NCBI GenBank assembly: GCA_049966395.1
Contig: JBMFUT010000001.1
Coordinates: forward strand, 1-64,000
Length of the DNA stretch: 64,000 nt
Reading direction: 5' to 3'
Source: Candidatus Micrarchaeia archaeon
GTDB taxonomy: Archaea > Micrarchaeota > Micrarchaeia > Micrarchaeales > CABMGC01
Made by a program: the position numbers and the translations under genes. Below the pieces are notes generated by a model. The model did no database searches, was not told the origin of the DNA, and worked only from the letters and a program-made list of their open reading frames with translations. Below, piece by piece: positions 48,511-58,962 of the stretch (the stretch's first letter is position 1; the number at the start of each line of letters is the position of its first letter).

Positions 48511-48726
48511 ATGCCGAAATACTACAAAGTTTACGATTCAAAAAACACGGTGTACGTGACATTTGACGACAGTGGCGCGGTGATAATAAAAGACGAATCA
48601 GGAAAGAAGGTATTTCTGTCGAAGAAGCAGGCAGACCTTATGAAATTCAGCATAGAGAGCCTTTTCAAGAACCTTTTCGAAAATCACGACGCCGAAGTTC
48701 ATGTTGAAGAAATAAAAGAGGTATGA
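48511..48726 (+). CDS. small hypothetical protein
   Basis: MPKYYKVYDS... 71 aa, overlaps the prefoldin start (ATGA). Confidence 0.7.
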   Translation: MPKYYKVYDSKNTVYVTFDDSGAVIIKDESGKKVFLSKKQADLMKFSIESLFKNLFENHDAEVHVEEIKEV

Positions 48727-49067
48727 TTATGCCAGAACAACCTACAACGGGCCAGGATGCGGAGAAGCTAATCAAGGACTACCAGCTGTTGCAAGAACAG
48801 CTGCGCATAGCTGCCATGCAGGCAGACCAACTCAAGCTGCAGCAGGGCGAGCTCGCAACAGCAGAAGCAGAGGTAAGCAAAGCAACGGGCAAGGTGTACG
48901 TGACAATCGGCGGCATTATAGTAGAATCTGACAAGGAAGCCGCGCTTAAGAACATATCGGAGCGCAAGGAAAACAACGAAATAAGACTGCAGTCTGTAAA
49001 CAAGCAGATAGCTGAGCTAAGGTCAAGGGAAAAGCAGCTGAGAGACAAGATATCCCAACTGAAGTGA
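48723..49067 (+). CDS. pfdB: prefoldin subunit beta
   Basis: Coiled coil - KVYVTIGGIIVE hairpin - coiled coil. Confidence 0.9.
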   Translation: MIMPEQPTTGQDAEKLIKDYQLLQEQLRIAAMQADQLKLQQGELATAEAEVSKATGKVYVTIGGIIVESDKEAALKNISERKENNEIRLQSVNKQIAELRSREKQLRDKISQLK

Positions 49068-49073
49068 AAGTCC

Positions 49074-50066
49074 ATGCCAAGCGTAGATTTTGAATACGTT
49101 TACAATTTCATAAAATCTAACTCTGGCAGGAAATTCCTCATAACTTTTCACTCTATAGGAGACAGGGATGGGGTTGGCGCGGCAATTGCTCTCTCAAAAT
49201 ACCTCACCAACTCCGTAGTTGCAACTCCTGATTACATAACAAGCAATGCAAAGCACATGCTGGAACATGCTGGGTACTCAAAAGAGATTCGCTCAGTGTA
49301 TCCGGAGGACGCGGAGATAATAATAGTGCTTGACACCAACAATTTCAAGTCTTTGGGCGGCTTCGCCAGCACCATAATAAATTCCGGAAAGCAGGTGCTC
49401 TTCATAGATCATCATCTGCTCTCTACAGGCCTAGAGCGAGACGCCATAATTTACAGCGACGAGAACTTCAATTCAACTTCCAGCATAGTTTACGAGCTGC
49501 TAAAGAGGCTCGGCCTGCCAATAGACAAGGAATCGGCAATCCTTCTCTTGAACGGAATAATATCAGACTCTGCCGACTTCCAGAACGCCACGCCGCAGAC
49601 TTTCAGGCAGGTAGCCGATCTGCTGGACACGGCAAGGATGGAATATACAGACATACTAAGCTACTTTCACGAGAAAGTTCCACTTGCAAATAGGTATTCA
49701 TTGATAAACGACATATTCGCCTCAAATGCAGAGATAGTCGGAGGCTACATAATCATCTATGGCAGGTCCAACATACATGCCAATATCGCGGCAGACATGG
49801 CGCTGAGGCTTGGCGCAGACGCTTCACTCTTCTGGCTGATAAACGAAAAGGAGGTATCGATATCAGCAAGGCTCAGACCTCCGCTTGACAGGAAGCTTTC
49901 GCTTCATCTGGGCAAGGTGATGCAGGATGCCTCCGAGATAATAGGAGGCAACGGCGGGGGGCATCCGTGCGCAGCAGGAGCATACGGCCCGGAGAAGGAA
50001 AGGGCACCTGACGCAATAGGCAAGATACTAGGAGAAATAAAATACAAATTTGCCGAAGGAAGGTAG
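49074..50066 (+). CDS. DHH/DHHA1 family phosphoesterase
   Basis: HSIGDRDG, VLDT, FIDHH, GIISDS, GGGHPCAAG. Confidence 0.92.
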   Translation: MPSVDFEYVYNFIKSNSGRKFLITFHSIGDRDGVGAAIALSKYLTNSVVATPDYITSNAKHMLEHAGYSKEIRSVYPEDAEIIIVLDTNNFKSLGGFASTIINSGKQVLFIDHHLLSTGLERDAIIYSDENFNSTSSIVYELLKRLGLPIDKESAILLLNGIISDSADFQNATPQTFRQVADLLDTARMEYTDILSYFHEKVPLANRYSLINDIFASNAEIVGGYIIIYGRSNIHANIAADMALRLGADASLFWLINEKEVSISARLRPPLDRKLSLHLGKVMQDASEIIGGNGGGHPCAAGAYGPEKERAPDAIGKILGEIKYKFAEGR

Positions 50067-50077
50067 TCTCTAAGCAG

Positions 50078-50788
50078 TCAGACCCCTGCCAGAAGCGCAA
50101 TGGCAACCCCTACAATCGCGCCTGCCAGTGCGCACATAAAGTTGGAAGTGTACTTGTTGCCAATTCCCTTCTCCTCGAAATACCCTAGAAAAGAGTCAGC
50201 GATGTTGCCTATAATTCCAGATACAAATATTATTGCCGCAAACGCGACATATGAAAGAATGCCGTGAGAAAGGAAGAAAGCCATGCATCCTATAAGCGCA
50301 GCCCCGACAGCGCTTGCAAATGTTCCCAAAACAGTTACTCCGCCAGAAGTCCCCTTTTCCACGCGCCTCAGCGAGATGAGTGAAATCGGGAAGCCGTCGA
50401 GCACCCCTATCTCGCTTGCGAACTTGTCTGCAGTTATCGCAGCTACGCTAGAAAAGTAAGCTATGCCTATGAGTACCGACGGGGCGAAGTGGTGCGCTGC
50501 ATTTATGCCGAAAAGCACAGCTATGGCCATGGGCACCAGGCCGTTTGCGAATACATTCTTGTAGCTTCTCGTCTTCTCGTACAAGCCGAGCTTCCTTTTC
50601 TTGGTAATGCCTACGTTTGTCACTATTGCAGAGAGGAAAAGGAACCAGAAGAGCATGCCGAAGGCAAGCAGGCCGAAGCTACCTCCGAAGACAAGCATTA
50701 CAGCGCCTATGGCGACCCCGGCTTCTATGCCCTTTATGTCAAGCGTCAGAAACGGCACACAACCATCCATTTTTTTGGAATATTCCAC
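50078..50788 (-). CDS. DUF92/TMEM19 family membrane protein
   Basis: RSYKNVFANG, ADKFASEIG, GTSGGVTVLG, DSFLG. Confidence 0.92.
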   Translation of the reverse strand: MEYSKKMDGCVPFLTLDIKGIEAGVAIGAVMLVFGGSFGLLAFGMLFWFLFLSAIVTNVGITKKRKLGLYEKTRSYKNVFANGLVPMAIAVLFGINAAHHFAPSVLIGIAYFSSVAAITADKFASEIGVLDGFPISLISLRRVEKGTSGGVTVLGTFASAVGAALIGCMAFFLSHGILSYVAFAAIIFVSGIIGNIADSFLGYFEEKGIGNKYTSNFMCALAGAIVGVAIALLAGV

Positions 50789-51005
50789 TAATTAGAAAGA
50801 CTTTTAAATCTTACATTTTATATAATATCACGGGTTCTCTACTGTAGGAAGGGTAAACTGGTCGCCTTGCCAGCACATGTGAATGTGCTGGCCTCTTCCT
50901 TTTAGCAACTTTGCATCATCAGCTTACGCTTTGCCCAACGCTATTTAATGCCAGATAACTATTTATTGGTTGCCACTATGCATACTGGATTTGCATCTGG
51001 CCTGG

Positions 51006-52304
51006 CTAAATTTTCGATAGGTCTACGCCCCTGGTTTCCTTCGAAAGCAGCGCCGATGCGAGTATGAATAGCTCTCCTATTATTATGAAGAGCCCCCACC
51101 ACGCGAAGAAGGTGCTGGCCGCAAAGCCTACCACGAGGAGCAAGATCGCCGTGCTCCAGTTGCCTATTATGAATCCTCCGTTGAAGCCTAATCCTACACC
51201 GCTGCTCCTTACAGACGTAGGAAACTTTTCGCTTAGGAACGACGGAATTACCCCGTATATGCCTGTGGTAATGAACGCCAGTACGCTAGCGAAAAGCAGC
51301 GCCCCGTAGAATCCGAGCGCGTGCGTCATTATTAGATAGGTCAGAGGCACTGCAAATATTATGCCGATTACAGAGTAGAGTATCATCATAGCCCTCCTGC
51401 CTATCATTTCGCTAACCCCTCCGGAAGTCATATACCCAAGCAGCGAGACTAGTATAGCTATTATCACTACATATATGTAGTCTGGGAAGCTCATGAAGCC
51501 GTGCACAGAAAGAACAGTAGGATAGAATCCCAAAGTGAGCCCATACACCCACGCTATGCCTGTCATCGCCAGTATGCCGGTCATTACACCGAAGGCATTC
51601 TTTCTGCTCTTGAAAAGCTCCGAAAGCGGAGCTCTTGCTATCTTTTTCCTCTTGTAAAGATCGGACCAAAGCGCAGATTCTGGCATCATAACCCTTATTA
51701 TCAATCCTATTACCACAGGGATTATGCCTATCCAGAACATCCATCTCCAGCCGCTAGCGGCAAAGCTCGCTCCGGGGAAAACAAAATGCAGTCCCAGGAA
51801 AAGCAGCGCTGCAAGTGTATATCCTACAGGATAGCCGCTTTGTATTGCGGCGCCCCATATCCCTCTTCTGTTGTTCTTTACCGATTCCATCAGTATGGCG
51901 GAGCTGTTGCCGTATTCCCCGCCGGCAAATACCCCTGTTATTATCCTGAACAGGAAAAGCAGTATTGGCGCAGCTATGCCTATGGCCGCGAAAGTCGGAA
52001 GAAAACCAGTAAAGAATATTATCAAGCCCAATCCAAGCAGCGTTATTACCATTGCCTTCTTTCTTCCTATCTTGTCTCCAACTCTTCCGAATATCGCGCC
52101 GCCCACAGGCCTGAATATGAAAGTTGTGGTGTAGATGCTCCACGTGCCTACAATCGCAAGCCCGAAGTTGGCTGGGAAAAAGATAGATGCAAGCACCGGC
52201 ACAAGAAGAAACATCATGCTCAAATCGAAGGCATCCATTATCCATCCTGCCATTGCGCCAGGATATACTGACCACGGGTTGGTCTTCTTATAAGAGGAAT
52301 CCAT
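51006..52304 (-). CDS. MFS transporter (carboxylate/metabolite:H+ symporter-like)
   Basis: WIMDAFD, FRPVGGAIFGRVGDKIGRK, GGEY, PES, EKFPTSVRSSG; about 12 TM. Confidence 0.94.
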   Translation of the reverse strand: MDSSYKKTNPWSVYPGAMAGWIMDAFDLSMMFLLVPVLASIFFPANFGLAIVGTWSIYTTTFIFRPVGGAIFGRVGDKIGRKKAMVITLLGLGLIIFFTGFLPTFAAIGIAAPILLFLFRIITGVFAGGEYGNSSAILMESVKNNRRGIWGAAIQSGYPVGYTLAALLFLGLHFVFPGASFAASGWRWMFWIGIIPVVIGLIIRVMMPESALWSDLYKRKKIARAPLSELFKSRKNAFGVMTGILAMTGIAWVYGLTLGFYPTVLSVHGFMSFPDYIYVVIIAILVSLLGYMTSGGVSEMIGRRAMMILYSVIGIIFAVPLTYLIMTHALGFYGALLFASVLAFITTGIYGVIPSFLSEKFPTSVRSSGVGLGFNGGFIIGNWSTAILLLVVGFAASTFFAWWGLFIIIGELFILASALLSKETRGVDLSKI

Positions 52305-52486
52305 CTCACCACTAAATGCTCTTCGAATGAAAGAAATAAAAATTTATCAGTAATACAATTGCCTGCGAATTTTCAATTCTTATTTCATGCAAAAATGGCA
52401 ACTGCGCGCAAATGCTGGATTTGTGTAATACAAAATTTGCATAAAAGATAAATTAGTGCCTTTTCATCAATTTTGTAGTGGTAAAG

Positions 52487-55180
52487 ATGGATGCCAAAGA
52501 AATAGAGAAAACAAAAGAGAGTCTGCGCTCAACGCTTTCGATAGGAGGCAAGCAGATAAGCTACTACTCGATAAAAAAACTTGCCAGCGCAGGCCTTGGC
52601 GATGCAAGCCGCCTGCCTTTTTCACTAAAAGTAATCCTAGAATCGCTGATTAGAAATCTCGACGGTGTTACAATAACAGAAGAAGACCTGAAAAACGTAA
52701 TCGAATGGGATCCAAAGAATCCAAAAGATGTCGACATACCATTCAAGGTTTCTAGGGTGCTTATGCAGGATTTTACCGGCGTTCCGGCAATTGTTGACTT
52801 GGCGGCAATGAGGGAATATGTTTCGAAGAAAGGCGCCAATGCCGAAATAGTGAAGCCGCAGATACCAACCGACCTGGTTATAGACCATTCTGTACAGGTG
52901 GACGCTTTCGATTCGCCAGATGCGCTTTACATAAACCAGCAGAAGGAGTCCGAGAGGAATTCCGAGCGATACAAGCTCCTGAAATGGGCGAGTCAGTCAT
53001 TCGACAACTTCAGGGTTTTTCCACCGTCAGCAGGGATATGTCACCAGCTCAACATAGAGTACATAGCGACATGCGTGACGATGAGGAAGAATGGAAATGT
53101 ATACGAGGCGTTTCCAGACACGCTAGTAGGCACCGATTCCCACACAACAATGATAAATGCGCTTGGCGTTGTGGGTTTCGGAGTCGGCGGAATAGAAGCA
53201 GATGCAGCGCTGATGGGGGAGCCAATATCCATAGCAATGCCAAAGGTGCTCGGAGTGCGCCTTACCGGTAGGCTTCCAAGCGGAGCTACAGCTACGGACT
53301 TTGCCCTCAGCCTTACCCGCGTGCTAAGGGAAAAGGGCGTAGTCAACATGTTCGTGGAATTTTTTGGCGAGGGCCTTGCTTCGCTCTCGCTGCCTGACAG
53401 GGCTACTCTATCTAACATGTGCCCCGAATATGGCGCGACAGTCGCAATATTTCCGGTCGACGAAGAAACGCTGAGGTACATGCGAATGACTGGAAGGAGC
53501 GCTGAGAGCGTGGACCTTGTGAGGGAATACTACAATGCGCAGGGGATGTTCGGCAGCAACGTAAATGCCGACTACAGCGATACTATCGAGGTCGATCTTT
53601 CGAAGATAGTTCCAAGCGTTTCTGGCCCATCGCAGCCAAAGCAGCAGATGCCCCTCGGCGCAATAAAAGAAGAATTCCTGAAATATCTGGCATCTGGCAG
53701 CAGCCAGGGTTCAGCATTGAAATCTGCAACTATAAGCTATCAGGACGGCGCAAAAGAGGTTCTTTCAGACGGCGACGTGGTAATATCATCGATAACGAGC
53801 TGCACAAACACAAGCAATCCATACGTGATGATAGCTGCTGGGCTGCTTGCCAAGAAGGCGGTTGAAAAGGGGCTTAGGGTCAACACGAGGAAAGTCAAAA
53901 CAAGCATGGGCTTGGGCTCCAGGGTGGTTACGCGCTATTTGGAGAAGGCCGGTCTGCTAGAGCCTCTCGCAAAGTTAGGTTACAGCATTGTAGGGTACGG
54001 CTGCCTTACTTGCATAGGAAACAGCGGGCCCCTCATAGAGAAGCAGAGCGAAGCAATAAACAGCAACGGCCTGAGTGTGGCATCTGTTCTCTCTGGCAAC
54101 AGGAATTTCGAGGGCAGGATACATGTAGACGTCAAGGCTAACTACCTGATGTCTCCTCCGCTTGTTGTCGCGTTCGGAATAGCCGGCACAGTGTTGAAGG
54201 ATCTTACAAAGGAACCTCTGGCAATTAATGCAAACGGCGAGGAAGTATACCTGAGCGACATATACCCCACAAAAGAAGAGGTAAATGAAGTTATAGAGCG
54301 CGTAGTCAGCGAAGACCTGTTTGCGGAAGAATACGGCAGCAACATATTCAAAGTCAACCCATACTGGAACAGCCTTTCAAGCCCCTCTGGAAAAATGTAC
54401 GAATGGGATGACAACAGCACATACATAAGGCAACCTCCATTTTTCGGCAATCCTGTAAGCTCAGGCAGCATAGAGAATGCAAGGGTGCTGGCGGTGTTCG
54501 GCGACTCAATATCGACAGACCACATCTCCCCAGCTGGAGAAATATCTCCTTCCAGCCCAGCCGGCAAGTACCTGTTGCAGCACGGAGTAAAGGAGGAGGA
54601 TTTCAATACCTACGGATCGAGGAGAGGCAACCACGAGGTGATGATGAGGGGAACATTCGCCAATTCCAGGATAGTAAACCTCATGCTCGGCGGCGAGATC
54701 GGCGGCCTCACAATACACTATCCATCTGGAGAAAAGATGACAATATTCGATGCCGCCATGAGATATAAAGACGAGGGCGTGCCACTTGTGGTAATAGCAG
54801 GAGCAGAATACGGCTCCGGCAGCTCAAGGGACTGGGCTGCAAAAGGCCCCATGCTCCTTGGAGTGAAAGCCGTGATAGCAAAAAGTTTCGAGAGAATACA
54901 CCGCAGCAACCTTATCGGAATGGGCATAATTCCTCTTCAGTTTGCGCAAGGCGAAGATTTCAAAACGCTTGCCATCGATTTATCCAAAACAATAACCATA
55001 GAAGTGCCTGAAGAGCTGTCCCCTAGGGCAACAGTAGCGATGAAATATTACAAGAAAGGGTCTAATGAAGAGTCAGTGGCATACCTAAAATGCAGGATAG
55101 ACACGAACGCAGAGGTCGAGCATTACAAATCCGGCGGAATACTAAACTACGTAGCCAAAAAGATGCTCAGCGCAATCTAG
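52487..55180 (+). CDS. acnA: aconitate hydratase A
   Basis: RVLMQDFTGVPA, VIDHSVQVD, GTDSHT, ITSCTNTSNP, GYGCLTCIGNSG, STDHISPAG, GSGSSRDWAAKG. Confidence 0.97.
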   Translation: MDAKEIEKTKESLRSTLSIGGKQISYYSIKKLASAGLGDASRLPFSLKVILESLIRNLDGVTITEEDLKNVIEWDPKNPKDVDIPFKVSRVLMQDFTGVPAIVDLAAMREYVSKKGANAEIVKPQIPTDLVIDHSVQVDAFDSPDALYINQQKESERNSERYKLLKWASQSFDNFRVFPPSAGICHQLNIEYIATCVTMRKNGNVYEAFPDTLVGTDSHTTMINALGVVGFGVGGIEADAALMGEPISIAMPKVLGVRLTGRLPSGATATDFALSLTRVLREKGVVNMFVEFFGEGLASLSLPDRATLSNMCPEYGATVAIFPVDEETLRYMRMTGRSAESVDLVREYYNAQGMFGSNVNADYSDTIEVDLSKIVPSVSGPSQPKQQMPLGAIKEEFLKYLASGSSQGSALKSATISYQDGAKEVLSDGDVVISSITSCTNTSNPYVMIAAGLLAKKAVEKGLRVNTRKVKTSMGLGSRVVTRYLEKAGLLEPLAKLGYSIVGYGCLTCIGNSGPLIEKQSEAINSNGLSVASVLSGNRNFEGRIHVDVKANYLMSPPLVVAFGIAGTVLKDLTKEPLAINANGEEVYLSDIYPTKEEVNEVIERVVSEDLFAEEYGSNIFKVNPYWNSLSSPSGKMYEWDDNSTYIRQPPFFGNPVSSGSIENARVLAVFGDSISTDHISPAGEISPSSPAGKYLLQHGVKEEDFNTYGSRRGNHEVMMRGTFANSRIVNLMLGGEIGGLTIHYPSGEKMTIFDAAMRYKDEGVPLVVIAGAEYGSGSSRDWAAKGPMLLGVKAVIAKSFERIHRSNLIGMGIIPLQFAQGEDFKTLAIDLSKTITIEVPEELSPRATVAMKYYKKGSNEESVAYLKCRIDTNAEVEHYKSGGILNYVAKKMLSAI

Positions 55181-55184
55181 CCAT

Positions 55185-56372
55185 TCAGGTCCTGGATACT
55201 ATAATGCCTATTACCTCGTCGGCAAATTCCCTAGTGCCCAAGGCTTCGCTGCCAAAATACCTTGCTATGTCTTTTGTCACTTTCCTTTGCTCTATCGCCT
55301 TAGCTATTGCGCTTTCAATGATGTTGCTTGCTTCAGTCCACCCCATATATTCAAGCATCATCTCTCCTCCTCTTATCAAGCCCATGGGATTTGCCACGTT
55401 CAATCCTGCATACTTGTCCGCGGTTCCGTGAACAGCTTCAAAAACTCCGCCATTGTCGCCTACGTTTGCTCCTCCTAGGACGCCAATGTCTCCTATCAGC
55501 GCCCCAGCCGCATCCGATATGTAATCTCCATTGAGGTTAGGCGCAAGAATTACATCATAGCTCTCAGGCCTAGTTATTATCTGCTGGAACATGTTGTCGG
55601 CTATCCTGTCGTTTATCAGTATTTTGCCTTCTGCTTTATCTGCACCTCCAGCGAGTTCTTCCTCTCTGATGAATTTTCCACTGTATTCGCGCTCAGCTAC
55701 ATCGTATGCCCACTCCCTGAAGGCGCCCTCAGTGTACTTCATTATGTTGCCCTTGTGCATTATGGTTACGGAACGCCTCTTGTTTTTTATGGCGTAATTG
55801 AAAGCAGCTCTTGCAATCCTCTCCGTTTTAGCCTTTCCAATTGTTTTTATTCCTATGCCGGCATCGTCGTCCACTCCTATCTTGAATTGCTCCCTCAAAA
55901 ATTCTCTAATCTCTCCGGCTTCCTTGCTGTCATAAGGCCACTCTATTCCAGTATAAAGATCGTCTGTGTTCTCCCTTATTATCACCATGTCGACCTTCTC
56001 CGGGTTCTTGATGGGGCTTTCTAGGCCTTTTATGTATTTTACCGGGCGTATGTTAGCATATAGATCTAGCAGCAATCTCATTCGCACATTTATGGATTTG
56101 AAGCCCTTGCCAACCGGAGTCTCAAGCGGCCCCTTGAGCATAATGCGGTACTTCTTGAGCGCCTCCTCAGTCTCCTTAGGAAACCTGTCCCCGAATTCCT
56201 TTTCCGCGTCTCTTCCAGCCGGAACGCTCATCCACGAAATCTTCTTTCTGCCACCATATGCCTCCTCAACTGCGGCGTCTATTATCCTTACAGTTGCTTC
56301 AGTTATCTCAGGCCCTATGCCGTCTCCGTCTACCCTAAGGACTGTCGGTTTTGCTTCATCTTCGAATGTCAT
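55185..56372 (-). CDS. icd: NADP-dependent isocitrate dehydrogenase
   Basis: GDGIGPEI, KGPLETPVG.G.KSINV, RENTDDLY.GIEW, HKGNIMKYTEGAF, NLNGDYISD, EAVHGTA. Confidence 0.96.
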   Translation of the reverse strand: MTFEDEAKPTVLRVDGDGIGPEITEATVRIIDAAVEEAYGGRKKISWMSVPAGRDAEKEFGDRFPKETEEALKKYRIMLKGPLETPVGKGFKSINVRMRLLLDLYANIRPVKYIKGLESPIKNPEKVDMVIIRENTDDLYTGIEWPYDSKEAGEIREFLREQFKIGVDDDAGIGIKTIGKAKTERIARAAFNYAIKNKRRSVTIMHKGNIMKYTEGAFREWAYDVAEREYSGKFIREEELAGGADKAEGKILINDRIADNMFQQIITRPESYDVILAPNLNGDYISDAAGALIGDIGVLGGANVGDNGGVFEAVHGTADKYAGLNVANPMGLIRGGEMMLEYMGWTEASNIIESAIAKAIEQRKVTKDIARYFGSEALGTREFADEVIGIIVSRT

Positions 56373-56645
56373 ACAATCGCCAGCTGCGAATTAAATGCAT
56401 AAAAATAAACAGGCAGATATAAAAACATGATATCATATCTTGTTGACTTTTCCAACAAAAGAGAACTTGCACGTCCAATTTGTTTAAATTCAAATTGCCC
56501 TCCGCGCTCATTTCAATCCCACTATTGAAATAATGGCTTTCTGCGAAGCATTCTGCAAAATGCGTGTTTGTATTCGGATTTGGAATTTCGAAGGGCCATG
56601 GAAGGGTTATTATTTTTTTACTTCTATGTTAAATACGTTGGGGGC

Positions 56646-57596
56646 ATGGCAAAAGAAAAATCAATAAAGGAACTGGAGGACTTGCCTGGAATAGGCGCTG
56701 CTACAGCTGAAAAGCTGAAGGCTTCTGGTTACGACAGCATAGAGAAGATAGCTGTGGCTGCCCCGCACGAACTTGCAGAGATAGCCGACATGAGCGTAGA
56801 TGCGGCAAAGAAGGCAATAGACGCGGCAAAGGAAGCCACTACTGTGAATTATGAAACAGCAGACCAGGTATACGATACAAGGAAGGCGCTTGGCCGCATA
56901 TCGACAGGCGCGAAATCCCTCGATGAACTTCTTGGAGGCGGCGTGGAATCTAACGGCATAACCGAGGTTTACGGGAAGTTCGCTTCCGGGAAGACCCAGC
57001 TTGGGTTTCAATTAAGCGTTAACGTGCAGAAGCCGCTGGGTAGCGGAGGCCTTGGCGGCGGCGTGCTGTTTGTAGATACAGAAAGCACATTCAGGCCCGA
57101 AAGGATAGAAGCGATAGCCAAGGCACAGTCTATGAATTCAAAGGAAGTGCTCGACAACATTTTTGTCGTTAAGGCAACCACAACAGAGCAGCAGATTCTG
57201 ACAATAGAGCGCGCTGACAAGCTTGTCAAGGAGAAGAACATAAAGCTGATTGTGATAGACTCGCTCATAGCTCTTTTCAGGGCAGAGTTCATAGGAAGGG
57301 GTGCGCTAGGCGAAAGGCAGCAGAAGCTCAACATGCACATACACAAGCTTCTCAATCTTGCCGAGAAGAACAATCTTGCGGTTTATGTTACCAACCAGGT
57401 AATGGACAACCCAGCCATACTTTTTGGCGATCCAACTACGCCGGTTGGAGGCAACATAATAGCACACGCCGCAACGACAAGGCTGTACATAAGAAAGGGC
57501 AAGGAGGACAAGCGCATAGTGAGACTGGTGGATTCGCCTAACATGCCCGAGGGCGAATGCGTGATAAAAATAACCCCAGAAGGCATAAAAGACTGA
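56646..57596 (+). CDS. radA: DNA repair and recombination protein RadA
   Basis: LEDLPGIG HhH, GKFASGKTQ, DTESTFRPER, FRAEFIGRG.L.ERQQKL, GGNIIAH; start ATG 56646. Confidence 0.97.
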   Translation: MAKEKSIKELEDLPGIGAATAEKLKASGYDSIEKIAVAAPHELAEIADMSVDAAKKAIDAAKEATTVNYETADQVYDTRKALGRISTGAKSLDELLGGGVESNGITEVYGKFASGKTQLGFQLSVNVQKPLGSGGLGGGVLFVDTESTFRPERIEAIAKAQSMNSKEVLDNIFVVKATTTEQQILTIERADKLVKEKNIKLIVIDSLIALFRAEFIGRGALGERQQKLNMHIHKLLNLAEKNNLAVYVTNQVMDNPAILFGDPTTPVGGNIIAHAATTRLYIRKGKEDKRIVRLVDSPNMPEGECVIKITPEGIKD

Positions 57597-57600
57597 TGAC

Positions 57601-58371
57601 ATGCTTTTCCTAGTGGGCGTTGGCCTAGAAGAAGGAGACATCTCTTCAAGAGCGGCAATTGCACTGAAGGGCTGCTCAGAAATTATGCTTGACAGGTACA
57701 CAAGTGTGATATCAGACAGCTACATATCATTTTTGGAAGGAATATCAGGAAAGCCAATTCAAATGCTAAAAAGGCAAGACCTCGAAGAGAATGTATCAAA
57801 GACAGTAGGGCGCGCCAAGGAAAGCGACATAGCAATCCTCGTTCCAGGCGATCCCCTTGTTGCTACCACTCACCACCTCATAATAGACACCGCGCACTCG
57901 ATGGGAGTAAAATGCAGGGTAATGCATTCCTCTTCCATATTTTCTGCGGCTATAGGAGAAAGCTGTCTGGACATATACAAGTTTGGTCCGACTACCACAA
58001 TACCCTTCTGGTATGAAAACTACAAGCCCACCTCTTTCGCTGACGTGATTCTTAAGAATCTTTCTAATGGCGAGCACACGCTGGTTCTGGTAGACATCGA
58101 CCCTTCTAAGGGCAAGACAATGGGTCTAGAAGAAGCGCTGTCCCTGCTTGGCAAGGCCTGGTCTAAAACGACAGAAAAGGATTTTGCCAATGAAAATATC
58201 ATGGCCCTTGGGAACGTGGGCAAGGAAGGCCAAAAGATATACTACGGGACAGCTTCAGAAATTGCCGCCGCTGCAAAGGAATTCGAGGGCATGGCGATTT
58301 CAATAATAGTTCCTGCATCGCTCAGCTTCGCCGAGGAAGAAAGCCTTAAGAAATTTGAAATGCACAAATAG
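57601..58371 (+). CDS. dph5: diphthine synthase
   Basis: MLFLVGVGL, GDPLVATTH, YKFGPTTTIPF, HTLVLVD. Confidence 0.94.
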   Translation: MLFLVGVGLEEGDISSRAAIALKGCSEIMLDRYTSVISDSYISFLEGISGKPIQMLKRQDLEENVSKTVGRAKESDIAILVPGDPLVATTHHLIIDTAHSMGVKCRVMHSSSIFSAAIGESCLDIYKFGPTTTIPFWYENYKPTSFADVILKNLSNGEHTLVLVDIDPSKGKTMGLEEALSLLGKAWSKTTEKDFANENIMALGNVGKEGQKIYYGTASEIAAAAKEFEGMAISIIVPASLSFAEEESLKKFEMHK

Positions 58372-58386
58372 CAATAGGGTGTTTTA

Positions 58387-58917
58387 ACGAGGTGCACTCG
58401 CGGCGAATTTTTGGTGCTCATTGCGATGTCGGTGCTCGGCATAATCTCTTCTCTTCTTGTGATATACGAGCTTGACGTGGTGCACACTCTCCCTCCTTTC
58501 TGCATAGAAGGTAGTGCCTCCTCAGGCATAACTATAAACTGCGCCAAGGTCCTGCTGAGCCAGTACTCGCAGCTGCACATAGGCCCGCTGTCGATTTCCG
58601 TTGACATGCTCGCCGCAATATGGTTCATAATAAACATATTTCTTGTTGTGATGGTAACTTCAGGCAGCATAAAATACGCACGGCCGCTTTTCAACGTATT
58701 ATTCATGTGGAGATTTTTCGGCCTGATTGTCGTGCCATACATGGTTTATCTAGAACTTTTTGTGGTTAAGTCGATATGTATATACTGCACTGTAATGCAC
58801 GTCGCGATAATAATAGACTTCATAATAATAACATATCTTCTGTTTTCAAAAACATCAAAGATACGCGCATGCATAATCCAGGATGCTCCAAACGCCAAGG
58901 CAACAAACTATAAATAA
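58387..58917 (+). CDS. vitamin K epoxide reductase (VKOR) family disulfide-formation protein
   Basis: FC...INCAKVLLSQYS loop cysteines, YLELFVVKSICIYCT..H active-site CxxC; start uncertain (ACG 58387 or TTG 58411). Confidence 0.92.
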   Translation, partial: TRCTRGEFLVLIAMSVLGIISSLLVIYELDVVHTLPPFCIEGSASSGITINCAKVLLSQYSQLHIGPLSISVDMLAAIWFIINIFLVVMVTSGSIKYARPLFNVLFMWRFFGLIVVPYMVYLELFVVKSICIYCTVMHVAIIIDFIIITYLLFSKTSKIRACIIQDAPNAKATNYK

Positions 58918-58962
58918 TTGTCTAACAGATATATCAACAAGGCAACCACAAGGGGAGATCCC

